Below the pieces are notes generated by a model. That model was not told the DNA's origin. It saw only the letters and a program-made list of their open reading frames with translations, and made no database searches. A DNA stretch of 64,000 nucleotides from Podarcis gaigeae (taxonomy: Eukaryota), in the NCBI GenBank assembly GCA_964106915.2, contig OZ066919.1; one strand, 5' to 3'. Positions within the stretch are counted from its first letter, which is position 1, and every line of letters starts with the position of its first letter. This document shows, one piece after another, positions 26,599-37,272 of the stretch. The translations under genes were made by a program, and so were the position numbers.

Positions 26599-27257
26599 TC
26601 CAGTCCAAGTTCCCGTCGCTATGTTTCAATAGCCTTATACCTGGCAAAATGTCTATATGCACAGCTCCATTATGCTTGCTGAGAACTCCAGGCATACACT
26701 GGAGCCAATGAGTAACACGGAAGTCTTGTTGCTTAATGAGCAGTCTATAAGAACATCAATAGCATAAAGAGGGCCAACTCAGAAAACTTCACAAAGAAAT
26801 GTGAAGATCCAAAAAAACAGTAACTTCTTTCTATTCTATAGCAAGTTTAATCTTTTATCATTTTAATGGGCTTTGAAACCTTTTTATGTTCATGCTTTTG
26901 AGGGTTTATTTAGTGGCACATTAGCACAACAAATGAGAGCATTTCTTTCAGCAAATATGTATAATTTCTTTGTCCAGGAATCTCTTTTGGCATCTACTTT
27001 GCATGGCCTCCTCTTCCATTCTTCACAACTCACAGCTATGTTAAAGGGCTAAAGAGCCTCACTAGAAGTGAAACTGTCTCTCTCATTCCAACTGTATATT
27101 AGATAGAGTAGTGCTAAATTTTGTTCACATCCCAAATGTTTGAGTTCTGTTCTGTTTTAAATATGCAGGTAATGAAAGTGTAGATAAAACTGTGCAGGAG
27201 GTATATTGGCATTCAGATGGATGCAAAAAATATGCAAAAAATCCTTCTTCTATCTGC

Positions 27258-27430
27258 NNNNNNNNNNNNNNNNNNNNNNNNNNNNNNNNNNNNNNNNNNN
27301 NNNNNNNNNNNNNNNNNNNNNNNNNNNNNNNNNNNNNNNNNNNNNNNNNNNNNNNNNNNNNNNNNNNNNNNNNNNNNNNNNNNNNNNNNNNNNNNNNNNN
27401 NNNNNNNNNNNNNNNNNNNNNNNNNNNNNN
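27258..27430. other. Assembly gap (173 N)
   Basis: Run of N. Confidence 1.
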
Positions 27431-28117
27431 TGAGCTGAATTTATTAACTTTTACGCTAGCATTCAACAGTGCTAACTTTCAATTTCACCTTTGTGATTAA
27501 CCACATTGTCTGATTAAACAAACATTTTGTGGTATTAATTGTAAAGTCATAAAGCAATACGGCTTTATTTAGCAAGATTTGGGCCCTGTTTTTTATTTGT
27601 GCTTTTCATTTTCATTTTGTTGAGGTTGTTCTTTTAGCAATTTGCTTGTCAATGTGCTGAAACAAAGATTATTTTCTTTTAAATGATCTTTCTAATAAAT
27701 GGAGAAACAAGAATGGGTGGGATCCAATGTAGCATTAGAACAAGACGTTGGCGAGTTGGCATTGTTGAACATACTGTAGTGCACAAGCTAAACTGTAACC
27801 GCATATCATCATCATCATCATTGATGCCCAACATCCTTCACAAGTGTAAAATGCCTACTAGGTGTGATAGTTACATTCCCATTTATAGAATTCATGTTGT
27901 ACAAGTGGACTGGCATGATTGGATATTGCCCAATGATTCTGGAATGCCTGGAACTTACTCTAGTTGAAAATTATTTGCCTCATTGCACATGTATTATTTG
28001 TTTCTCTCTGTGTCTGTGTCTTTTTCATATCTACTTTGTGTCCATTTGCCCATCACTTTGTCCCTCAGTGGCAGCTGGGAGTCTTGAGGAGGGTTTTTCT
28101 TGGATTGGTCATTTATT

Positions 28118-28164
28118 TCCTTCCTTCCTTCCTTCCTTCCTTCCTTCCTTCCTTCCTTCCTTCC
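28118..28164. repeat. (TTCC)n microsatellite
   Basis: Visible tandem repeat. Confidence 0.95.
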
Positions 28165-30087
28165 ATAGCTCTTATTGCATGGGATTTCAGCCACAGTGAT
28201 AAGATCTTTGCTTTAGATATCTGTATAATTTGGGGAGAAATAGCTCTTTCAAGCAGCTCATACACATTTCCTCCAATTAGTCCTCATAATATGATGATGA
28301 AACAGAGGCACAATTATTCCTTCTAACAGATTATCAGTGTTTTTAATTATGCATAATTTAGATAATTTCAGATTCTTATAAAATATGAATTTCCCACAGG
28401 TACGCCTAATGGATTGTTATAACTGCTTATAAAATTGCTTATAAAATCAGTGATACACATTAAGTGGCTCCCGGTTTCCAAATATGCCAGCAGCAGATGA
28501 GGATTATACTGAAAGATGCAATTTATTAGGGCATGATCCATCCACCCATAATTAAATACTGCTCAGTCCCATTGATTCCTGTAGAAGAAACGAAGGCAAA
28601 AATTGCCCAATGGGGCACAAACGTTTTATTGTGTCATGATCTCAATGTATTGTAATTGCAATATTGAAAATTTGGAACTCCTCCCCCAACCTGCCTGAAG
28701 CAAGTTAATGGAAAATATGGTTCTTTTTAGTGGAAAGGAAGGATGCAATCATTAGGCCTGTTTATTTTATTAAATTTATTTTGAAGGGGATAAACAAAAT
28801 GATCATAATGAAGACAAGGCTTTAAGATTTGTAGTTTCATCAAGATGCAACCCCAATCGTATTATGTTATGCCATGTTATCAAATGCTGTAATTTGATAT
28901 AGTGTCAAGTAATGGAAAGGAGAGTAATACGAGTTGTCAAAAATCATGCCTTAATGTAGGGCTGATCATGGGCTATATCAGTAATATTCAGACTTCTGGC
29001 TATAAAGAACCCTTGCCGCGTGGTGTCCTCTACTGAAAATCTTTCACATTTACCATGTGTATGGAGGAGGATTGTAGATAATGTGCTAGGGCACATATGC
29101 CATCCATATGAGGCATTAGCCACGCTGGTTGAATCTCACTGCTGCTGTCCTGATTGAACTAAGAGGGCAATCTAGAACATTCCCAACATCAAAGGGAAAG
29201 CTCATAACTGCTGTTTTTAGTTGTGTCCTTTCAGGAATTGAAGTCCTTCCATTTGTGGAAAAGTTTCTGATCCACCGGAGACCCCTGCTAATGGAAGAGG
29301 AGGGGCAATATTCACCAATTCTGCCACTCCCTTGCAGTTTCCTGAACCCCTTTAATCTGTTCAAGAAGATCAGTCCGAGAAAACAATGAAAAGTGGAATC
29401 AAGCCTTCAGAAATAGTAAACAAAATATGCTTGCCCACATCTAGTGTTAGCAGAGGCATTTGTTAGATCAGTGGTAGCCAATGGGCTCCAGATGTTAGTC
29501 CATAGCTCCCACCAACCCCGACTAGAAGTTCTGGAAAGCACCATGTTAGTGTTTCCTGTATTAAATCAAATATTATTCTGTGAATTTAATGATTCTTTAA
29601 ACTTATGGAAAAGCACCATTATATACAACCTGGTATCTTGATATAATATTTCATTATATTTGTATACTGTTTAAGGACACAGACAATACTTGTTAAATGC
29701 TATGCTGCCATCCCAATGGTTAATTTCCCTGCCATCCGTTCCCCTCCATGTTAATTGTGTGCCAGTACTTTGTGCAGGTTCTCTAATGGGTCTGTCTGGT
29801 ATGGAAATCAAACACCAGACAGCCAATCATCCCTACCAGCTGTACTTATTGTGCAAACTATCTGTCTTAAGAAGAAGCTGCATGTGTTCATTGATGGGAG
29901 ACTATATAATAAGCCATTTTCTTTACAACATGCATTACAGAACGACCATATCCACTTTGCAAATTAACTGAACAAAGAACCCATTAAAGTGTTTGTTCTT
30001 AGTCCCATGCATTTACAGATGAACTTCCACAGGCTTTTTTTTTTTTAAAGAATGGAGAGAACAAACTTATATTAAGTATTAAATTAT

Positions 30088-30517
30088 TGTAATGGTTCTA
30101 GGGGTTGCTCGTGCGTAAGTTGCTGCCACTCCTGGCTAGGTTACCTGGTTGAACCCTTTCTGTCTGGACAGCCTCACACCCGTGGCTGTCTCAGTCACTG
30201 GCAGAATCCGTCAGTGGGCGTTTCTTTCTTCCAGCAAAGAAGTTCTTTGACGCCAAGTCTCCTACACTCCCTGCGCGGAAGTCTTCTGCGCAGGGAGGGT
30301 GTGGGCAGCGGAGGACCCGTGCTCTCCCCACTGGTCTCCAGCGAAGAGTCCTGGATGGAGCCTCCTCTCCGATTCCCCCATCTGCCCCCCTTCTCCACCG
30401 GTGTTACACTGATTTCCTTCCCCAGCAGATGGGCTGCCTCTCTCCCTACTGGGACCCTCTCCGGCATCCCTCTGGAGCCTTCTCTCCGCCTCTGGCTCCA
30501 ATGGCAGTTCCCTGACA
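30088..30517. mobile_element. Solo LTR (430 bp)
   Basis: GC-rich island bounded by TGT...ACA, with a perfect 5-bp TSD ATTAT at 30083-30087 and 30518-30522. Confidence 0.7.
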
Positions 30518-31387
30518 ATTATGATTGCAATAAAGAACACAAAAACGAGCTGCACTAATTATATTTGTTGTTTCAGGTCTCCGTACATATTTTGCAGGTA
30601 TATTCCTTGTCCATTTTTTATTTAAATGTGTTTGGATAGTTTCACCATTTCTGCAAGTGCCCATTTTTTTATTCAAATAATAAAAGAAGCAGGATTCTTG
30701 ACAGTAATTTCCCAGCAATAATGTCACAACTCAGCAAAATGGGAGTGTTGCCAAAGTCTGAACTATAATTGATTAAAGTTGTGATGGCAAAAATGAAACT
30801 TTCTTCTTCAGGAACATTATGAGCTGTATTCAAGTATTCCACAGTGCTAGTGGAAGTCAGCACAATGATTCCTGCTAGTACAACAAGACCCCCCCTCACC
30901 TGCCTCATCCCCAAATCTGGAGTGGAGAGAGGAGATCAGGCAAACAGGAATGCTTGTGCTGATGGAACATTGTCCTTATCACTACAATAAAACAACCCCT
31001 ATTTCTTCCTCATACCATTTGATAATTAATATTGTGTAGCCATGGGTCCACACAGAAGACAGGACTCTATTCGAAGGACTGTCACAGGTCAGTCCTCTAT
31101 TTGAAAGACTGATCAGTCCAAATCCATTGTGAAGGTAAAGAATAATAAGACGGGAGAGCTGGGACCTTGATATTGCCAATCAACAATCTGCAGTTGGACA
31201 GCAGAAACAGCACAGAGGTCTGCATCTGTATATGTATCCATTCTGACTGTTTCTTGCTAACCAGATACCAAATAGTAGCAAGTAGTGGGCAGGTAACTGA
31301 ACACCAAATGGACTATTGAGCTACTTGATTCAGCATGGTCATCATTCTGCTTTTAGACAGGGTTCCTCAATCAACAAACCATATACC

Positions 31388-31388
<1 letters not shown>

Positions 31389-31420
<32 letters not shown>
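31389..31420. repeat. (GT)n microsatellite
   Basis: Visible tandem repeat. Confidence 0.95.
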
Positions 31421-31428
<8 letters not shown>

Positions 31429-32095
31429 TTAACATGAAGCAACAAAATGAAACAAAACCAAAAACCCCTTGGGAAAGCCAGCATCAAAATAATAATAAGC
31501 AACGTCCTTTTGGAACAAAACAGACTTCAAAAGATGTTAAAATGTCAGGTGATAAGGCAACAAGCATACATTCCCAGATAGAGAGATCTATAGCGAAGGC
31601 ATCACAGTTTAAGAAGGCTCCATCCTGTATATCTAAGAGTTGCACCTAATATGCCTTTAAATATATTGATCCCCAAACATTTAATGTTTTAAAGGCAAGG
31701 ACCAACACTTGACAAAAGCTAAGCCTATAAATTCTCCCATTTTTGTATGGCTATCAAGTTAGCCCTCTTTGCTTCAGAATCTGTAAGTATTTGAAAAACA
31801 GTCCTGAATCAGGCTAATATATGTCAATTCAAGTGCAAATCCATGATGCTTATGTTAGCAAAGGATGCACCAATATTGTGACAGACGGGTGGGAATGGCA
31901 AGTGCTCACTGCTTCTAGTGTTATGCAAATGTGGTTAGTGGTATCCAACTAAGTCATACTCAGAGCAGACCCATTGAAATAAATGGATTTAAAGCAGTCA
32001 TCATTGAAGCCTGTTGATTGAAATGGGTATACTCTGAGTGTAATGTACTCAGATGTCACCCTATGTGTTCATTTTATCCATTACAGGCAAGTAAG

Positions 32096-32893
32096 TCAGA
32101 TATGCAGATGACACAACCTTGATGGCAGAAAGTGAGGAGGAATTAAAGAACCTTTTAATGAGGGTGAAAGAGGAGAGTGCAAAATATGGTCTGAAGCTCA
32201 ACATAAAAAAAACGAAGATCATGGCCACTGGTCCCATCACTTCCTGGCAAATAGAAGGGGAAGAAATGGAGGTAGTGAGAGATTTTACTTTCTTGGGCTC
32301 AATGATCACTGCAGATGGTGACAGCAGCCACGAAATTAAAAGACGCCTGCTTCTTGGGAGAAGGGCAATGACAGGCCTAGACAGCATCTTGAGAAGTAGA
32401 GACATCACCTTGCCAACAAAGGTTCGTATAGTTAAAGCTATGGTTTTCCCAGTAGTGATGTATGGAAGTGAGAGCTGGACCATAAAGAAGGCTGATCGCC
32501 GAAGAATTGATGCTTTTGAATTATGGTGCTGGAGGAGACTTTTGAGAGTCCCATGGACTGCAAGAAGATCAAACCTCTCCATACTGAAGGAAATCAACCC
32601 TGAGTGCTCACTGGAAGGACATATTGTGAAGCTGAGGCTCCAATACTTTGGCCACCTCATGAGAAGAGAAGACTCCCTGGAGAAGACCCTGATGTTGGGA
32701 AAGATGGAGGGCACAAGGAGAAGGGGACGGCAGAGGACGAGATGGTTGGATAGTGTTTTCGAGGTTACCAGCATGAGTTTGACCAAACTGCGGGAGGCAG
32801 TGGAGGACAGAGGTGCCTGGCGTTCTCTGGTCCATGGGGTCACGAAGAGTCGGACACGACTAAACGACTAAACAACAACAACAACAACAACAA
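32096..32893 (+). mobile_element. Bov-B (RTE LINE) 3' fragment, uninterrupted from the YADD motif to the stop codon
   Basis: Begins agatatgcagatgac (RYADD). The reading frame is open to 32871 and is followed by an (AAC)n tail. Confidence 0.95.
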
Positions 32894-33121
32894 GTGAAGA
32901 ACTGAAAGAGAAGTGAAAATACATCAATCTATTTTTCAGGAAGGTAAGCATCCTAATTTCGCATATCTGTAAAAACTAATGGTCACAGACTGCAACATCA
33001 AAACAACTAGTTTGCAGAAAGGACAGGCTTCCTATTTTAGAGGAACATATACATAGCAGAAACTGCCAACCTCTGGGGGCCGATAGGCTCAATTGTAAGT
33101 TAGAGAAACTGTTATGGGCAC

Positions 33122-33124
<3 letters not shown>

Positions 33125-33152
<28 letters not shown>
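33125..33152. repeat. (CA)n microsatellite
   Basis: Visible tandem repeat. Confidence 0.95.
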
Positions 33153-33156
<4 letters not shown>

Positions 33157-36100
33157 ACCAACAACTTATTATACACATTAGAATACTTATTTCAGCCCTG
33201 ATTTCGGGTGCTGCCTTGACAACCCTTGTCATAGAAAATTAAAAAGAGGGCAAAACGTTTTTTTCCTTAGATATAAGAGAAATGTATGCTTTTCATCATA
33301 AGAAATGCTAAAGTTAGCTGAGTAAGCAAGATTCTTGTTACATCTTCCATTGGCACTGGATAAAACCATGATTGTAACAGCCAAATGTTCTGGAGATGCT
33401 CCAGACCAGACAACAGGAAATAGATTAACCAATGACTATCACTATCACTTCCTTTTTGAAATGGTCATTGCCTTGAATGGGGAGGAAATAATAACCATTC
33501 ATTATGTTCCTTGTGTTCTTGTAAAACTTGCAAACTCACTAAGCCTTATTATTTCAGCTTTGAGTCTGAATCATATGAATGGGATCTGCCAGGAGAAACA
33601 TACTGCACTTAATTAAAGAACCCAGGCACCATATGCAACAGAAATAGAAAGTTTAATTAAATTTGGAAGGGCTTCATGATGCTGTTTAGATGGGAGAAAT
33701 GGAGCTTATCAAGTGGCTGCAAAGGCACGCGGGAAGAATGATTTCATAAAGCTCGGGGGTCATAGAATTGGTGCAGAAAGATCCTGCCCAAATAATGTAG
33801 CTTAATAGGAGAATACATGACACCAGACCAGATGGCACATGCTTGTGTTATAGCGTAGCTTTTTCACAGGAAGACAACTTTACTATAAGAATGGCAGCAA
33901 CCATTAATCTCTACTTGGAATGTCAAGTTTTCTTAACACTACATCATGGGATTCTAATTCTGCTCTTCCTCCAAGCAGCTCAGGGCAGCATACATAGTTC
34001 TCTCTCTTTTACCCTGTTTTATCACAACAACCCTGTGATGTAGGTTAGTCTAGGGGACAGTGAGTAGTCCAGGCTCACCTTGTGATCTTTGTGATAGATT
34101 TCGGTTTTGAACCTGGACCTTCCAGATCCTAGTCTGACGCTCTGACTCAGGGATGGACTTTGGTAACCTTTGGTAATCTGGTGCCCTGAATGAGGTCAAA
34201 ATCCCCCCCACAATGGATTTTCTCAACTATGGACCCTCTCAGTTTTGCACCCCTTTGACCTGGAGCCCTATGTGGGGCAACCGTCTGCACTGCCCTAAAT
34301 CTTACAATGCTCTGTCTGCTCCGCCATGTTGTGTGTATTACTAAAGTATCTGAGATGTATTGCTAAAATGTTGTCAATTTATAATAATATTTTAAATGTA
34401 AGCATGTTCCCTTACAAGTAGGTCTAGCTGTGCTCAGCTTGGCCTAATTGTAATTTGCAGCATGATTAGGACTGCAGACCAAGGCTTTCTGCAATTACTG
34501 GGAAGGAAAGTCCATTGAAAATAATGGGAATTGCTTCCAATCTAACGTGGCTAGGACAATGAATACTCTCAGATTACAGAGCAACGCACCCCAATTAGGA
34601 GGGGTTTTTTCTTTTAAAAGAAAAAAAAATCATTACATTACTCCTTGGTTGCTATACCAACCATCAATTGCTTCATTTATTTCTAGATATCTGCAAGCCA
34701 TGTCTTTCAACAGACAATAGAAGGCATTCACTAAAGGCAACTGCAGCCTTCTTCTAATATAATATAAAATCAGACGAAAATTACCTGGAATGTACTTCAC
34801 AAAATGCATGCATGATATCTACAATCCACTGAGGCATGTACCTGTAAACCTCTGGGTACTATCATGACCCTGGCAACTCCTGTGAATACACAACAGGTTT
34901 CAGTGGCTACAGGTGTACAAACTGTGTGCACCGCCGGTATATAAAGCATAGTGGTGCTGGTATGTGTACTTCTATCACTTGGTGTGTCCCCTTAACAGCT
35001 GAGAGTCTTGCCTGCTTCCATGGAAAAATATTGTGTCTGAGATAATGTCAAGGGGGGTTGTATTGAGTGCTTCATCTGCAATGGCTTCTTCACACGTGCA
35101 AACCATTGCTTGATGTTGCAGTCTCTGATACTGAATGACAAAATCATCATAAGGAATGAAAAATGAAGAAAATAACCTGGATCCTTTCAGTGGGGTTGAA
35201 AGATCATGAGCATTGATAACAATGGAAGTTAAAAACCATAAACGCAACCAACAAGAACTCAAAAAATTAAAGTTAAACCTACCCTAGTACATTAACAAAT
35301 AAATCCGCTTTGTTCACTGGAGATTACTCTTGGGCAAGGTACATAAGATTGCAGACTAAAGTTCTGTGCTTTCTCCATAGCAATTAAACAGTTTGTGTCA
35401 TGAGCAATTTCTGAATTGGGACAATTTATTTACCCTGATTCCCAAGTGACAGAATAAACAAACTGGTTTTTGCAGAGAAGCAGCATCCTATTGCTGTTTT
35501 GTGGGACATATATACATAATAAAGCAGACCAATACGTCCAGTCAAATGATATTGCTCAGGACATTGCTCATTATTACCACATAATGAATGGGAGGGTTAA
35601 GCCAGTGTTAGCATAGAACAGATTGTGGAGTTGTGAAGACAGCAGCTGTCACAGCATGACAGCTTTCTTGTTAGTGAATCAGCGTTACTGACAGGGTTTT
35701 CTTTCTTTTTTTATTAATTTTGAAAAGCCACTGTTCACTGACACTGCCTTGTACCTGATATACATGCACATTTCCTGAAGTAACCATGAGAAGTTTAGGG
35801 CCTACCCCTCCACATTAAAAATAAACCAAGTTTACAAAATGCTCTTATGGAAAGCTACACAGACAGACAGAGACAAATCGAAGAATATTAGGCTGATGAC
35901 TGGTAAACTGCTTTTAAAAAGGAAGGGGAAAGCCATTACCCCAGCACAAAAGAGATTCATTTTCCAAACAGATGCAACAACTACAGAAATAAGATTTTTT
36001 AACTAACTAGGTTCACTAACAGGAAGATATCATAGAAAAACATGGCCACAAGCAGGGAAAATTGGCAATGTTAAATAAATCTGCAGTTGTCCTCCCCTGC

Positions 36101-36216
36101 CAAGGTTTAAGAATTTTCTGTTATTTCTATTAATCCTGTGGGACAGGAAAAGAGAAGAATGGGAACATGTTCATGGGAACATTCAAAGTTGACCTTGGCT
36201 TATAGATAGCTCTGGA

Positions 36217-37257
36217 ATGAGTGGAACAAGAAAAAAAGGGGGAAGAACAAAACAAGCTACTCTAACGCTATCTGCAGTCTCGCAGCGTAGATCATCTGTG
36301 CCTACTTTACCTTCTACTTTACCTCCTGAGGCAGAAGCGGCCTCCCTTCTTCAGTCAGGGGAGGGGGAGACTGAGGAACTGCAATTGGAAGAAATGGCCA
36401 CAGGAGGAAGTGGCTCTATTTTGGAAAAGATCTTTGAAAAATTGGAGGCTCTGGACAAAAAAGTTGATCAGCAAACAGCAAAAATTGACCAAAACACAGA
36501 AAGCCTGAACAGACTAACTGGACAAGTTGCACAGAATGCTCAATCTATTGGAGAACTAAAAGAGGCTGTAGGTGAAAATCGGAAATTGGCTGAGGAGACC
36601 AGCCAAAGAGTGGGCCAGCTTGAAAAAGAAGTGAGACCACTCAGCAAACAAGTAGGGGAACATCAGATCTACTTTTCTATGACAGAACTTCGGAACAGGG
36701 AGGCCAACTTGAGGATACGTTCATTACCAGAAGTGGAAGAAGGCAACCTAGTTGAATTTTTAACTAAAGAATTTTCCAAGTTTTGGAATTTACAAGAAGA
36801 AGATTTTAAAATTGTATCTGCTTTTAGACTTGGAAGGCTTATAAGAAAAGAGAAACCCAGAGATTGCCTGATAATATTGAGATCAAAGGAGGAAAGGGAC
36901 AAGATTTTGGGCCTGCACTACGGGAAGTCACTGGACATTTTGGACAGAAGAATTGAAATTTACAAAGATATTCCTAAACAGCTATTAGATCTCAGAGCAG
37001 AATACCAGGAACTAGCAAAACTGTTAAGGAGCAATTCGATTATCTTCAGGTGGGAGTTCCCTCAAGGAATATCGTTTACTTTTAGAGGGAGAAAGATTAA
37101 AATCAGAACATTAGAGGACAGAGACAAATTTTTGGCGGCACACGGAGAGGATCTTCACAAAGGACTTGAACTGCCTTCAGGGCCTGAACCTTCAGGGGGA
37201 ACAGCACCCTCAGATCCTGAAAACTCGGAAAATAAAGCACTCCCACAGCAAGAATAA
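36217..37257 (+). CDS. L1 ORF1p (346 aa; coiled coil + RRM + CTD, Transposase_22-like)
   Basis: Has a heptad-rich coiled coil (LEALDKKVDQQTAKIDQNTESLNRLTGQV...) and L1-type RRM/CTD motifs RNREANLRIRSLPE, KPRDCLI, IYKDIP and WEFPQGISF. Confidence 0.88.
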   Translation: MSGTRKKGGRTKQATLTLSAVSQRRSSVPTLPSTLPPEAEAASLLQSGEGETEELQLEEMATGGSGSILEKIFEKLEALDKKVDQQTAKIDQNTESLNRLTGQVAQNAQSIGELKEAVGENRKLAEETSQRVGQLEKEVRPLSKQVGEHQIYFSMTELRNREANLRIRSLPEVEEGNLVEFLTKEFSKFWNLQEEDFKIVSAFRLGRLIRKEKPRDCLIILRSKEERDKILGLHYGKSLDILDRRIEIYKDIPKQLLDLRAEYQELAKLLRSNSIIFRWEFPQGISFTFRGRKIKIRTLEDRDKFLAAHGEDLHKGLELPSGPEPSGGTAPSDPENSENKALPQQE

Positions 37258-37272
37258 CCAGATTTTTTCAGG

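Noticed and set aside
27125-27500. ORFs spanning X residues
   Set aside because: Artefact of the N gap.
30195-30727. Cluster of overlapping ~100-aa ORFs
   Set aside because: GC-rich LTR sequence is depleted in stop codons, and there are no protein motifs.
32061-32843. 260-aa minus-strand ORF
   Set aside because: It is the antisense shadow of the Bov-B coding frame, and the same shadow appears at the other Bov-B copies.
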